NCBI GenBank assembly: GCA_964413935.1
Contig: CAYPTY010000016.1
Span: forward strand, 1,086 to 65,085
DNA: 64,000 bases
Origin: an uncultured Balneolaceae bacterium
GTDB taxonomy: Bacteria; Bacteroidota; Rhodothermia; Balneolales; Balneolaceae
Direction: 5' to 3'
In this document: positions 16,480-27,939 of the stretch, in pieces
How the letters are laid out: every line of letters starts with the position of its first letter
Position numbering within the stretch: position 1 is the stretch's first letter
The notes under the pieces: generated by a model
What the model saw: the letters and a program-made list of their open reading frames with translations, nothing else
Told to the model about the DNA's origin: nothing
The model's database searches: none
Position numbers and translations under genes: made by a program

Positions 16480-18972
16480 TCAGGCTTTCACGGCTGATTT
16501 TCCGGGTCGTGAAGCAGTTCTGAGCGGAGCTCCCGGTAGCTTGTTATCATATTCGTCAAGGGTGTACTCATCAACCTGTATGGTATCGAATCGGGCATCT
16601 TCTGTTTTTCTGAGGAATTCAGCTTCATCAGATGTAAGTATCCCTTTTTCATGAGCCAGGTCGATAAGCAGATCAGGACTGTTTTTAGGCAGCTCTCTGC
16701 TCTTGACTGCTTTATAGAGCTTTTTGTACAGCGGTGCTGCTTCCGTTACAAGATCCAGTGTATATTCATAACGTCCCAGTGCGTCTTCCTTATCATCTTT
16801 GATATAGATGCCATGAGTTACATGATTACGGGCATCACCTTTGATCTGCATAGCCTGAGCTACCTTGTGCCCCAGTTTATCGGATGGCATTTTTCCAATA
16901 GGATTCAGCCTAAACATTTTACCCAGCAACCGGAAAGACCAGCTCAGACCGGGTACTTTGATTTCAGACAAAATACCTTCCAGTGCAAATTGCATTCGGT
17001 AAAAAGCATGCTGCATGGCCCATTCAAAATAGATTCGATCTTCAGGACGGCGCCCCTCACTTTCGAATCGCTTCAGCGTTGCTGATGCCAGATACATCCA
17101 GCTGAGAATATCCGCATAACGGCCGGCCAGCTTTTCCTTCAGCTTCAACGCTCCACCGTACGAACCTAAAGCAATATCAGCCAGAAATGCGAATGTGGCC
17201 GACATCCAGGACAGCCTTCTGAAGTATTTAGCTGATGGCCCTGAAACAGGTGAGCCCGCCAGCAGACCGCGGGTAAGAAAGAGTAGTATCGTGCGGTTCT
17301 TGTTTCTTACAATGTGTCCGATATGATTGAAGAAGGCTTTATCAAAGGCTTTTTTATCGTTATTAGTGAGTGCCTCAATTTCCTTCAGTGCATAAGGATG
17401 GCAGCGGATGGCACCCTGACCGAAGATCATCAGAGTTCGGGTCAGGATATTGGCACCTTCCACGGTTATGGCGATAGGTGAAGCTATATAACCCTGGGCG
17501 AAGATGTTTCGCGGTCCGCGCGAAATGCCCGCACCCCCGACGATATCCATTGTACCATTTATAATTTCACGGAACAGCTCGGTGAAATTATACTTCATAA
17601 TAGCCGTGATCACAGCCGGCTTGGCTCCTTTATCTAATCCACCGGTGGTGTATTTTCGCGCTGCTTCCATCAGGTAGGTGTAGCCTCCGATCTTGGCCAT
17701 TGGCTCTTCTATTCCTTCAAAACGACCGATATTCAGGCCAAACTGCCGACGGATGGCAGCATAGGCGCCGGTGGCGCGAGTTGCCAATTTGGCTCCTCCT
17801 GTGCTTTGAGCCGGAAGCGAAATACCTCGCCCAACAGCCAGTGATTCCATGAGCATGCGCCAGCCTTGCCCTGCACCCTCTTTTCCTCCTATAATCGAAT
17901 CAATCGGTACGATTACATCTTCACCCCGGGTCGGACAATTATAAAAAGGAACACCAAGAGGGTCATGCCGTTTGCCCAGTTCCACTCCCTCCGTATCAGA
18001 AGGCACAAGAGCACAGGTAATGCCCAGATCTTCCCCTTTGCCAAGCAGGTTTTCAGGATCCTTAAGCTTGAAAGCCAAACCAACTACGGTTGAGATGGCG
18101 GCTAATGTGATGTAGCGTTTATCCCAGTTCAATCGCAGATATAATTTACCATCTCCCCCTTTGAATACTTCACCGGTTGAACGCATAGAGCCGGCATCCG
18201 ATCCTGCAAAGGGTTCTGTAAGCGCAAAACAGGGCATTTCTTCACCGCTTGCGAGGCGAGGCAGGTAATAGTTTTTTTGATCTTCAGTACCGTAATGCAT
18301 GAGCAATTCAGCCGGACCCAGAGAATTGGGAACCATCACCGTTGTTGCAAGTGGTCCGCTTCTGGATGCCAGTTTCCCTACAATAGCACTGTGAGCAGTT
18401 GCTGAGAATTCATGTCCACCGTAGGCTTTGGGGATAATCAACCCAAAGAAACCTTCCTTTTTCATGTACTCCCATGCTTCTTTGGAGAAATCTTTGTTTA
18501 CGGTTACATCCCAGTCATTAACTAAAGAGCACAATTCTTCAACCGGCCCATCCATAAAAGCTTTTTCATCAGCGGTCAGGTCAGGATAGTCTTCATTCAG
18601 AATGCGTTTAAAATTGGGTTTGCCTGAAAACAGCTCCCCGTCTACCCATACCGTACCTGCATCAATTGCTGTTTGTTCTGTTTCAGAAATCTTGGGCAGA
18701 AAATTCAGGGCTTTCATCAGGCTCATGATTGGCCCGCTGATAAGTACCGCTCTCAGGGGCTTCACATTAAAGAGTAAAACCAGTGCGGTGTAGCTAATGA
18801 GCAACCAGTTTGCGGGTTCAAAACCGAGCAATAAAGCATAACCGGCTATAGCCCACAGCCATAAGGGAGCTCCGGTGTAGGCGAAACCAAATGTGACAAT
18901 TACAATTGAAGCAATGCTGACCCAAAGGGGCAAATCGCTCATATATCCCATAATAGATTGAAGCATTTCCAT
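16480..18972 (-). CDS. fadE: Large acyl-CoA dehydrogenase (FadE type, N-terminal membrane segment)
   Basis: 830 aa with N-terminal TM helices, an ACAD core (CFALTEPFAGSDAG) and a long C-terminal extension, as in E. coli FadE. Confidence 0.85.
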   Translation of the reverse strand: MEMLQSIMGYMSDLPLWVSIASIVIVTFGFAYTGAPLWLWAIAGYALLLGFEPANWLLISYTALVLLFNVKPLRAVLISGPIMSLMKALNFLPKISETEQTAIDAGTVWVDGELFSGKPNFKRILNEDYPDLTADEKAFMDGPVEELCSLVNDWDVTVNKDFSKEAWEYMKKEGFFGLIIPKAYGGHEFSATAHSAIVGKLASRSGPLATTVMVPNSLGPAELLMHYGTEDQKNYYLPRLASGEEMPCFALTEPFAGSDAGSMRSTGEVFKGGDGKLYLRLNWDKRYITLAAISTVVGLAFKLKDPENLLGKGEDLGITCALVPSDTEGVELGKRHDPLGVPFYNCPTRGEDVIVPIDSIIGGKEGAGQGWRMLMESLAVGRGISLPAQSTGGAKLATRATGAYAAIRRQFGLNIGRFEGIEEPMAKIGGYTYLMEAARKYTTGGLDKGAKPAVITAIMKYNFTELFREIINGTMDIVGGAGISRGPRNIFAQGYIASPIAITVEGANILTRTLMIFGQGAIRCHPYALKEIEALTNNDKKAFDKAFFNHIGHIVRNKNRTILLFLTRGLLAGSPVSGPSAKYFRRLSWMSATFAFLADIALGSYGGALKLKEKLAGRYADILSWMYLASATLKRFESEGRRPEDRIYFEWAMQHAFYRMQFALEGILSEIKVPGLSWSFRLLGKMFRLNPIGKMPSDKLGHKVAQAMQIKGDARNHVTHGIYIKDDKEDALGRYEYTLDLVTEAAPLYKKLYKAVKSRELPKNSPDLLIDLAHEKGILTSDEAEFLRKTEDARFDTIQVDEYTLDEYDNKLPGAPLRTASRPGKSAVKA

Positions 18973-18989
18973 GTGTTCCTCTCTGTTGG

Positions 18990-19601
18990 TTATTTAAATT
19001 CGCTGACAGCAGTTCTCAGCAGAAAACCCTGCAGGATGTGGTCTATTGAACTGTTGATAAATTCCTGTGTATGAATTCGCTTGTCCAGGCGATTATTCAT
19101 CACAACTGTAGTAATACCATGAAGCTGTGCCCAGATGCTGTATGCGGCAATAAGCGGATCGTCTACCTCGAGATCACCCTGCTTAACTCCTTCTTGAATC
19201 ACTGTGGCAAGCAATTCATAGCCTCTTCTGGCTTTTCTGAATTTCTCTTTCGGATATCTGGCCATTTCTTCCGTTCGAACCAGATAAATGACCTGATATT
19301 CCATCGGGTGCTCAGAAGCAAACTGCACATAGGCCCTTACGATGCGGTCAATTTTATCTACAGGCGAATCAACTTCAGCGGCGGCTTCCTCAAGGCTCAG
19401 GCTCAGATGCTCAATCGACTGCTCCATCAGGGTATGCAGCAGATGATCCTTGCTTTCAAAATGAAGGTAGATACTGGTTGCCGTTACTCCGCTCTCACGG
19501 GCAATTTTCCGCATTGACAAGGCCTTGAAGCCTTGTTCCAGAAGCATCAGTTTACTTTGCTCCAGGATGCGCTTTTTTAAATTCTGTTCTAATTTGGACA
19601 T
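18990..19601 (-). CDS. TetR/AcrR family transcriptional regulator
   Basis: 203 aa with a TetR-type N-terminal HTH (SMRKIARESGVTATSIYLHFESKDHLL). Confidence 0.85.
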   Translation of the reverse strand: MSKLEQNLKKRILEQSKLMLLEQGFKALSMRKIARESGVTATSIYLHFESKDHLLHTLMEQSIEHLSLSLEEAAAEVDSPVDKIDRIVRAYVQFASEHPMEYQVIYLVRTEEMARYPKEKFRKARRGYELLATVIQEGVKQGDLEVDDPLIAAYSIWAQLHGITTVVMNNRLDKRIHTQEFINSSIDHILQGFLLRTAVSEFK

Positions 19602-19668
19602 TATTCGATCAGGTTAACACTGTTAACTAACCGAATTTAATCAATACAGATTGAATGTCAACCTTGAA

Positions 19669-20343
19669 TTATGAAGTCTTAAATAATCGGAAACAAAGGT
19701 AGCGTATGGTTCTGCCGGCTTTGATGTGCTTTTTTTCGTAGTAGGTTTGAATAGAGGTAAGTTCAGGCCCGGCTTTATCTGAAGCGTATACATCCGGGAT
19801 ATGATGCAGCATTTCAAGTCCCTCTTCTTTGATCACATCCAGAGTGAATGCATGTAAAGTGGGATCATCTGTCTTGAGGTGCACTCTGCAGTCCGTTTCC
19901 GAAATTTCACGGTAGAGCTCAAGAAATTTGGGTGAAGTGAGCCTCTTCTTTTCATCGCTTTCCCTGAGGTAGGGATCGGGGAAGGTAATCCATATATCAT
20001 TCACTTCACCGGGCGCAAAAACCTGAGCGATATGATCAATGTACATCCGCACAAATCGAACATTTTCCAGTTCTTGATCAATAGCCTTTTTTGCACCATT
20101 CCAGATACGACTTCCTTTTATGTCGATGCCGATGAAGTTCTTATCGGGAAACATCTTTCCGAGAGCAACGGCATAATCCCCTTTGCCGCAGGCCAGTTCC
20201 AGAAGCAGATCATTCTCATTGCCAAAGACACCATGCTTCCATCTCCCTTTTTGTTCAAAATGGGCGGGCAGCGGGGGTACAAACTCTATCACGTTTGCAA
20301 ACTGCCTGATATCCTCAAACTTGCGCAGTTTGTTTTTGGCCAT
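19669..20343 (-). CDS. trmB: tRNA (guanine46-N7)-methyltransferase
   Basis: 224 aa with ELACGKGDY, FPDPY and KRL motifs typical of TrmB. Confidence 0.9.
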   Translation of the reverse strand: MAKNKLRKFEDIRQFANVIEFVPPLPAHFEQKGRWKHGVFGNENDLLLELACGKGDYAVALGKMFPDKNFIGIDIKGSRIWNGAKKAIDQELENVRFVRMYIDHIAQVFAPGEVNDIWITFPDPYLRESDEKKRLTSPKFLELYREISETDCRVHLKTDDPTLHAFTLDVIKEEGLEMLHHIPDVYASDKAGPELTSIQTYYEKKHIKAGRTIRYLCFRLFKTS

Positions 20344-20346
20344 AAA

Positions 20347-20991
20347 TCAGGGTTCCAGCCGGAATATATCCCAGGAGTCTCCGTCCTTTTGATAACAAAT
20401 ACGATCATGCAGCCGGCCAGGCCTTCCCTGCCAGAACTCAAAGTAATCCGGCTTAACAAAATAACCACCCCAGTTATCCGGGAGTGGTACATTTCCTTCA
20501 GCAAAACGTTCTTTTAAGTCTTCGAAACGTTTTTCCAGTACCTCACGGCTTTCAATACGATTGGACTGATTAGATGTCCAGGCTCCAATCTGACTCATCA
20601 AAGGGCGGCTTTCGAAGTAGGCTTTACTTTCTTCACGGCTTACTTTTTCTGCAATCCCTTCGATGCGAACCTGTCGCTCCAGTTCTGTCCAGAAAAAACA
20701 AATAGACACATTCGGGTTAGCTGCGATTTCTTTTCCTTTATCGCTGTCATAATTGGTATAGAAAACGATACCACCTTCCTCTATACCCTTGATCAGGACT
20801 ATCCTTGACTTTGGACGTCCCTGTGAATCAACGGTAGAAAGTGTCATTGAATTGGGTTCGTCTACTTCTGACTTGACGGCCTCACCAAGCCATTGGCGAA
20901 ATTGTTCGATGGGTTCACTATGCACATCCTCTTCAGAAAGACTATGCCTGCTGTAATCCGTTCTAATTGCCTGAAGCTGTTCTTTATTCAT
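20347..20991 (-). CDS. pdxH: Pyridoxamine 5'-phosphate oxidase
   Basis: 214 aa with the RIVLIKG...FFTNY-like core and C-terminal EFWQGRPGRLHDR. Confidence 0.92.
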   Translation of the reverse strand: MNKEQLQAIRTDYSRHSLSEEDVHSEPIEQFRQWLGEAVKSEVDEPNSMTLSTVDSQGRPKSRIVLIKGIEEGGIVFYTNYDSDKGKEIAANPNVSICFFWTELERQVRIEGIAEKVSREESKAYFESRPLMSQIGAWTSNQSNRIESREVLEKRFEDLKERFAEGNVPLPDNWGGYFVKPDYFEFWQGRPGRLHDRICYQKDGDSWDIFRLEP

Positions 20992-21570
20992 TTATCCGAA
21001 ATATTCAGGTTCGTTGCCCTTTTTCCATTTGATATTGCAACCCAGGCTGGGCTTTTGGTCCGGGTTGATTTCTTCCCCTTTAAGCAATGCATGAACTGCT
21101 TTGTCCAGATCATTTCCGGTAACCGGGGTTTCACTTTTTGGGCGACTTTCATCGAACTGACCCCGGTATACCAGTTTCCGGCTGTCATCGAAAAGATAAA
21201 TATCAGGAGTGCAGGCAGCATGATAATTTTTTGCTACATCCTGCTTCTGATCAAATAGGTAGGGAAAATCAAAATTATGTTTTTCCGCAAATTTCTTCAT
21301 CTCCGGGGGAGCATCCTCCGGATAAGCGTCTACATCATTGGAAGAAATAGCAATCACATTGATACCGGATTCAATGTATTTAGAGCTGAGCTCACTGAAT
21401 TTGTCAATCATATGCAGTACATACGGGCAATGATTGCAGATGAATATAATGAGGGTTCCTTCCTCTCCTAAATGATCCTCTAGTGCATGTATATGTCCAT
21501 CATAATCAGGCAAGCGAAAATCGGGTGCTTTGCTGCCTAATTCTAACATGGTGGATGGTATTGCTGCCAT
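20992..21570 (-). CDS. Thioredoxin-fold thiol-disulfide oxidoreductase (AhpC/TSA-like)
   Basis: 192 aa with a CNHCP redox motif. It abuts the pdxH start with no gap. Confidence 0.8.
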   Translation of the reverse strand: MAAIPSTMLELGSKAPDFRLPDYDGHIHALEDHLGEEGTLIIFICNHCPYVLHMIDKFSELSSKYIESGINVIAISSNDVDAYPEDAPPEMKKFAEKHNFDFPYLFDQKQDVAKNYHAACTPDIYLFDDSRKLVYRGQFDESRPKSETPVTGNDLDKAVHALLKGEEINPDQKPSLGCNIKWKKGNEPEYFG

Positions 21571-21855
21571 AAATAAATAATTCTGTTTATGAAATTAGTG
21601 AAGGTACGTTAGCTTTATGAAGATGGGATAAAAAAATGCCCGGCTCATCTGTTATTTTGAAAGACTGACTATGTTTAAAAAGCTACAAAACTAGGAGGCG
21701 AGCCGGGTTATTTAAGCTACGTGCAACAAAGACGTTTATGAGGCAAAAAAGTTTCCTTTAAGCCTCAAAAAAACCGAATATTAACAAGATTTAACCCTGC
21801 CTTAATTATCGGCCTTCCGATACCCGGCTTTAGCTTTTCCTAATCTCGATTGGAG

Positions 21856-23529
21856 TTAATCTTCAAACACTTTCCTACCTGCAACTCGGGTCTCCAGTAC
21901 CTCGATTTGCCAGATATTGGATGCCTCCGTTTCGAAGTAATCCTGGTCAATGAGTATAAAGTCAGCCCATTTTCCCTTTTCAATGCTTCCCAGTACTTTT
22001 TCCTGATGAGCTGCGTAAGCTGCATCCAGAGTAAAGGATCTCAATGCTTCCAGTCGGCTCATAGCCTGATCAGGGTACCATCCATCCACAGGTTCGCCAT
22101 CATGATCCTGTCTGGTAACCGCGGAATACAATCCGAAGAAAGGATTGGAATCTTCAACCGGGAAGTCAGACCCGGAAGCAACCACCGTACCCTGCTGAAG
22201 GAATCGCTGCCAGGCATATCCTCCTTTAATACGCTCAGGACCAACCCGGTCTTCTGCCATATTCTTATCGCTTGTGGCATGCGTGGGCTGCATGGATGCA
22301 ATTAAATTCAACTCCTTGAATCTTGGAATATCATCAAGAGAGACAATTTGTGAGTGTTCGATACGATGTCTTAAGCCTTTATCACCCAGTTCATTCTGCG
22401 CATTTTCAAAGGCATCCAGTACCTGTCGGTTACCGTTGTCACCAATGGCGTGGACATTTGTCTGAAAACCTTGGCCAGCTGTTTTCATTATAAAACCGTT
22501 CATTTCTTCCTGGCTGGAAAAAAGCAGTCCATAATTTCCAGGATCATCGGTGTATTCTTCGATCATGGCTGCTCCGCGACTACCCAGGGCTCCATCGGAA
22601 TAGAGTTTTACACTTAGAAGTGCCAGTTTATCATCCGCATAGCTTTCAATCGGACCCTCTTTGGACAAAGCATCAAAGGTCTCACCTGCACCACTGATCA
22701 TGGCATAAATACGGGTAGTCATTTTTTCATTGTCTGCGAATTCCTTGTACAGATTCCAGTCGCTAATGCTTACACCAGCATCATGAACAGAGGTAATGCC
22801 CATTTCAGCCATTTTTTCCAGAGCTTTTTCCAGCGCAAGTCGCTGTTCAGCCTCATTAGGCTCGGGCACAACTTCTGAGATATAGGCCATGGCCTTATCG
22901 ATGAACACACCGGTTGCATCACCATTTTCATCGCGAAGAATCTTTCCACCCACCGGATCCGCGGTTTCACGGGTTATATTTGCCAGCTCCATCGCTTTTG
23001 TATTAGCCCAGGCCGCATGTCCGTCTACCCGGCGCAACCAAACAGGTCGGTCAGAAACCACCTTGTCCAGATCCTCAGCTGTTGGAAATTCGCCTTCATC
23101 CCAGAGCACCTGATTCCAGCCACGCCCAAGCACCCAGTTCAGTTCAGGGTTTTCTTCAGCATATTCTTCCACTTCTTCCAGTGTTTCTTCGAGGGATTCA
23201 ATGCCCATCAGATCCACCTGAATCTGCTGATATCCCAATCCCATTACATGACCGTGTGCGTCAATGAGTCCCGGAAGCAGGGTTTTGCCTTCCCCGTCAA
23301 TTACCTCCATTCCCATATGTCTTTCGAGGAGTTCCTCTCCTCCGATTTCAAAAAATTTCCCATCCGATACCACAAAGGTATCAAACTGCCGAAGGGTATC
23401 GGCTTCGATGGTGTAACCGTTTACATTGGTATAAATATAGGATGGATAGAATTCCTTTGAAGAGCAGGCTGAGATTAGCGCTGCTATGATGAAGAGCAAG
23501 AAATAGTTTATTCGCATAAGTATGATCAT
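21856..23529 (-). CDS. Amidohydrolase family lipoprotein (YtcJ-like metal-dependent hydrolase)
   Basis: 557 aa with a lipobox (LISAC), metal-binding GLIDAHGH and a later HAIGD. An alternative ATG lies at 23517. Confidence 0.8.
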   Translation of the reverse strand: MIILMRINYFLLFIIAALISACSSKEFYPSYIYTNVNGYTIEADTLRQFDTFVVSDGKFFEIGGEELLERHMGMEVIDGEGKTLLPGLIDAHGHVMGLGYQQIQVDLMGIESLEETLEEVEEYAEENPELNWVLGRGWNQVLWDEGEFPTAEDLDKVVSDRPVWLRRVDGHAAWANTKAMELANITRETADPVGGKILRDENGDATGVFIDKAMAYISEVVPEPNEAEQRLALEKALEKMAEMGITSVHDAGVSISDWNLYKEFADNEKMTTRIYAMISGAGETFDALSKEGPIESYADDKLALLSVKLYSDGALGSRGAAMIEEYTDDPGNYGLLFSSQEEMNGFIMKTAGQGFQTNVHAIGDNGNRQVLDAFENAQNELGDKGLRHRIEHSQIVSLDDIPRFKELNLIASMQPTHATSDKNMAEDRVGPERIKGGYAWQRFLQQGTVVASGSDFPVEDSNPFFGLYSAVTRQDHDGEPVDGWYPDQAMSRLEALRSFTLDAAYAAHQEKVLGSIEKGKWADFILIDQDYFETEASNIWQIEVLETRVAGRKVFED

Positions 23530-23599
23530 TTGATTTTAAGCCTGAAATATAAGGATACACCCAAGCATTAAAAATCAGCGAATAAGCCTTGTTTTACGG

Positions 23600-24021
23600 C
23601 TAAAGAAAGTCGAAAAGCTGTTCCGGTTTCACATTAAAAGATGAAAGTTCTGTAATGCTTATAAACCTTAGATCCCGGATGATCTGTGTTTGTTCATCAT
23701 GTTCAGGATCACTGCCCAGACTGAGTTTGCCGCCGCTACGTTTAACTTTGTAGTAAAATTCGATGGCATGGTAAGGAGGATGGATCACTTCATTGGTAAA
23801 GAGATGCTCCCCGGTTTCAATGTGCAAACCTGTTTCTTCCAGAAACTCTCTTTGCAGGGCTTCTTCACGGCGCTCCCCGAAGTCTACTCCCCCACCCGGG
23901 GGTATCCAGATCAGCTCATTGCTCAGAGGTGAGAGCAGCTTGACCAGCAAAATCTGATCATCCTCAATCAGTAATCCGCAAACCCGAATCCTTATTTTGT
24001 TCTGATAAGCTTTAAGGCTCA

Positions 24022-24022
<1 letters not shown>
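23600..24022 (-). CDS. NUDIX hydrolase
   Basis: Nudix box GGGVDFGERREEALQREFLEETGL. Its start overlaps the pyrG stop by 1 nt (TGATG). Confidence 0.85.
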
Positions 24023-25713
<1,691 letters not shown>

Positions 25714-25780
25714 CTAAAGCTAAAGCCTCCTGAATTCAATGATGATGATTAGAAATTAAAGGGCTATATTATTGACCCGC

Positions 25781-26644
25781 TCAGAATTCAGCAGCCATTT
25801 TTTTCAGCACATCCGGCTTGTCAGAAAAAATTCCTGATACTCCTTTCTGAATCAGATCTCTCATTAGTTCTTCATCATTTACCGTGTACACGTTTATCGG
25901 TACTCCAGCCTCTGTAAGTTCCTTAAGCCAGGCATCACTCAACTGCCGATGGGAGCAATTAAAGGCGTCGGCTCTCAGTTCATTGACGATTTCGAGGGGT
26001 GACTTATTTCCGGACTGGCTGGATTCATAAAGTACAGCCACCGGCATTTCAGGTGCCAGTTCTTTTAAATGGCGAACAGCCCGGTAATCAAAACTGGAAA
26101 ATATTACCTGGTCTTCCATCCCAAAACGGTTGACCAGTTTAAGAGCTTTTTCTTCTACTCCTCCCCTTACCTCATCTGTAACTCCCTCCGTCTTAATTTC
26201 GATGTTGACTGAAATTTTTCCGCTGAGGAATTCAAGGGCTTCCTCCAGGGTGGGAATGGGTTCACCTGCATATTCATCACCAAACCAGCTTCCGGCTTCT
26301 AGAGCACGAACTTCTTCCAGGCTAAGAGTACTGAAAAGGCCGGTACTATCGGTCAGTTTATCCAGTTCAGCATCATGAAACACAACCAGAACTGAGTCAT
26401 GCGTCATCATCACATCCAGCTCAATCATATCAGCCTCCATGCCGATGGCCTTCTGAAAAGCTGCGATGGTATTCTCGGGAGCATAAGCGCTGGCGCCACG
26501 ATGGGCGATTACAGTAAAACTGTCGCCATCATCATTCAGAATACGGGGACGGTGAAGTTCATGCTGAAGGCCGGATTTCTCACAGGCGGTAAGTGTCATA
26601 ATTGAAAGGATCAGCAGAATGAAAGTAACAGATGTCGAAGGCAT
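25781..26644 (-). CDS. Glycerophosphodiester phosphodiesterase (secreted or lipoprotein)
   Basis: Signal peptide with a Cys (LTAC), plus GDPD motifs HRGAS..APENT and ELDV. Confidence 0.85.
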   Translation of the reverse strand: MPSTSVTFILLILSIMTLTACEKSGLQHELHRPRILNDDGDSFTVIAHRGASAYAPENTIAAFQKAIGMEADMIELDVMMTHDSVLVVFHDAELDKLTDSTGLFSTLSLEEVRALEAGSWFGDEYAGEPIPTLEEALEFLSGKISVNIEIKTEGVTDEVRGGVEEKALKLVNRFGMEDQVIFSSFDYRAVRHLKELAPEMPVAVLYESSQSGNKSPLEIVNELRADAFNCSHRQLSDAWLKELTEAGVPINVYTVNDEELMRDLIQKGVSGIFSDKPDVLKKMAAEF

Positions 26645-26778
26645 GTATAATTTGTTTATTGGAGTATTGAACGGGAGAAATATGCGGCTTCTATGTTACC
26701 CTAATTTTAACAAGGCAAAGTGATACCTGTTTTGCATGATTGCTGCAAAATGTGAGGAGTATGATAAGTAACTAAAGT

Positions 26779-27123
26779 CTAATTCTGTGAACTGATAACC
26801 CGCTTGATGGCCCGGTGTAAAAGCGAATTGAATGTATCGGCTTCTGACAGTATGTGATAAGCGAAGAAGAGTCCAATCACGGAAGATATGGAACCCAGTA
26901 TGGTCATCAGGGTTGAAATCCAGATGGGTTTAATAATTCCTAGAATGGAAAGCGCTACCACAAAACTACCAAGAAAAATCTGACTCATTGCAGATACCAG
27001 ATGCAGGCTGTTGACCGAGTGGATTCCCTCCATAAAACCGGAAACAGATTTTCGCTCTGCTGAAGCTTGGCTGAGATGTAATTCTTGCAGAAATTGACTT
27101 TTTTCTTTGTGTTCGTCGTACAT
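26779..27123 (-). CDS. Hypothetical small membrane protein
   Basis: It has an open frame and two predicted TM helices, and I recognise no family. The start was chosen at the ATG at 27123 (MYDEHKEK); the track start at 27186 would leave only 15 bp to the divergent rlmB. Confidence 0.45.
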   Translation of the reverse strand: MYDEHKEKSQFLQELHLSQASAERKSVSGFMEGIHSVNSLHLVSAMSQIFLGSFVVALSILGIIKPIWISTLMTILGSISSVIGLFFAYHILSEADTFNSLLHRAIKRVISSQN

Positions 27124-27201
27124 GTCCTTACTATTTATCTGACCGTTTTTTAGGTCTAATTTTATTATAAGAATCCCCGGCATCAATACAAGTTAAAAAG
27201 C

Positions 27202-27939
27202 ATGAGTAGCGAAAAAATTTACATCTATGGCCGCAAACCTGTGGAAGAAATGCTGAGGAATGATCCGGGAAAACTGGAAAAAATATTTATACGTGACAGT
27301 GCCTACTCCGGATTTCTAAAGATCAAAGAACTGGCTGATAAAAACAGGGTGCCTGTATCCAAGGTTCCTGTTGAAAAGATCAACCGTTTGGTTGGAAGAG
27401 TGAACGATCAGGGAATTGTTGCAAACGTGAGTTCAGTGGAATATCTGGAGTTGCTGGACTGGCTCTATGAACAGGATCTTGAACAACAGCCCTGTTTGCT
27501 CGCGCTGGATGGAATCGAAGACCCTCACAATTTCGGAGCCATAATCCGTACAGCAACTGCAGCCGGAATCAATGGTATCCTTGTGCCCAAGCAGGGACAG
27601 GCACCCGTAAGTCCGGTCGTTCATAAAACATCGGCCGGAACCGTTGGGCGTATTCCCATTATACGAGCCAACACCATCGACAATGCACTCACTGACCTTA
27701 AAGCCGCGGGGTTTTTTATAGCCGGCCTGGATGAAAGCAGTGAGGAGCAGGCCTGGAATTTTGACTACAAACGTCCGCTGGTTTTTTTACTGGGCAATGA
27801 GGGAGAAGGAATCCGGAAAGAACATGCCAAACACATCGATGGATTCTTAAGCCTGCCCATGAGAAATGATGTTGAATCACTGAATGCCTCCGTAAGCGCT
27901 GGTATTCTGCTTTATGAGTGGATGAAACACCATCAATAG
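27202..27939 (+). CDS. rlmB: 23S rRNA (guanosine2251-2'-O)-methyltransferase
   Basis: 245 aa, SpoU/TrmH family, with motifs DPHNFGAIIRTA, LGNEGEGI and SLNASVSAGILLYE. Confidence 0.88.
   Translation: MSSEKIYIYGRKPVEEMLRNDPGKLEKIFIRDSAYSGFLKIKELADKNRVPVSKVPVEKINRLVGRVNDQGIVANVSSVEYLELLDWLYEQDLEQQPCLLALDGIEDPHNFGAIIRTATAAGINGILVPKQGQAPVSPVVHKTSAGTVGRIPIIRANTIDNALTDLKAAGFFIAGLDESSEEQAWNFDYKRPLVFLLGNEGEGIRKEHAKHIDGFLSLPMRNDVESLNASVSAGILLYEWMKHHQ

Noticed and set aside
21739-21767. The TGAGGC...GCCTCA hairpin, considered as a canonical intrinsic terminator
   Set aside because: The stem is followed by an A-run on the plus strand, and on the minus strand the T-run precedes it, so the T-run is on the wrong side for either strand. 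It is kept only as part of the unexplained spacer finding.
21850-22305. A 151-aa plus-strand ORF antisense to the amidohydrolase gene
   Set aside because: It is a shadow ORF; the minus frame is continuous for 557 aa with metal-binding motifs.
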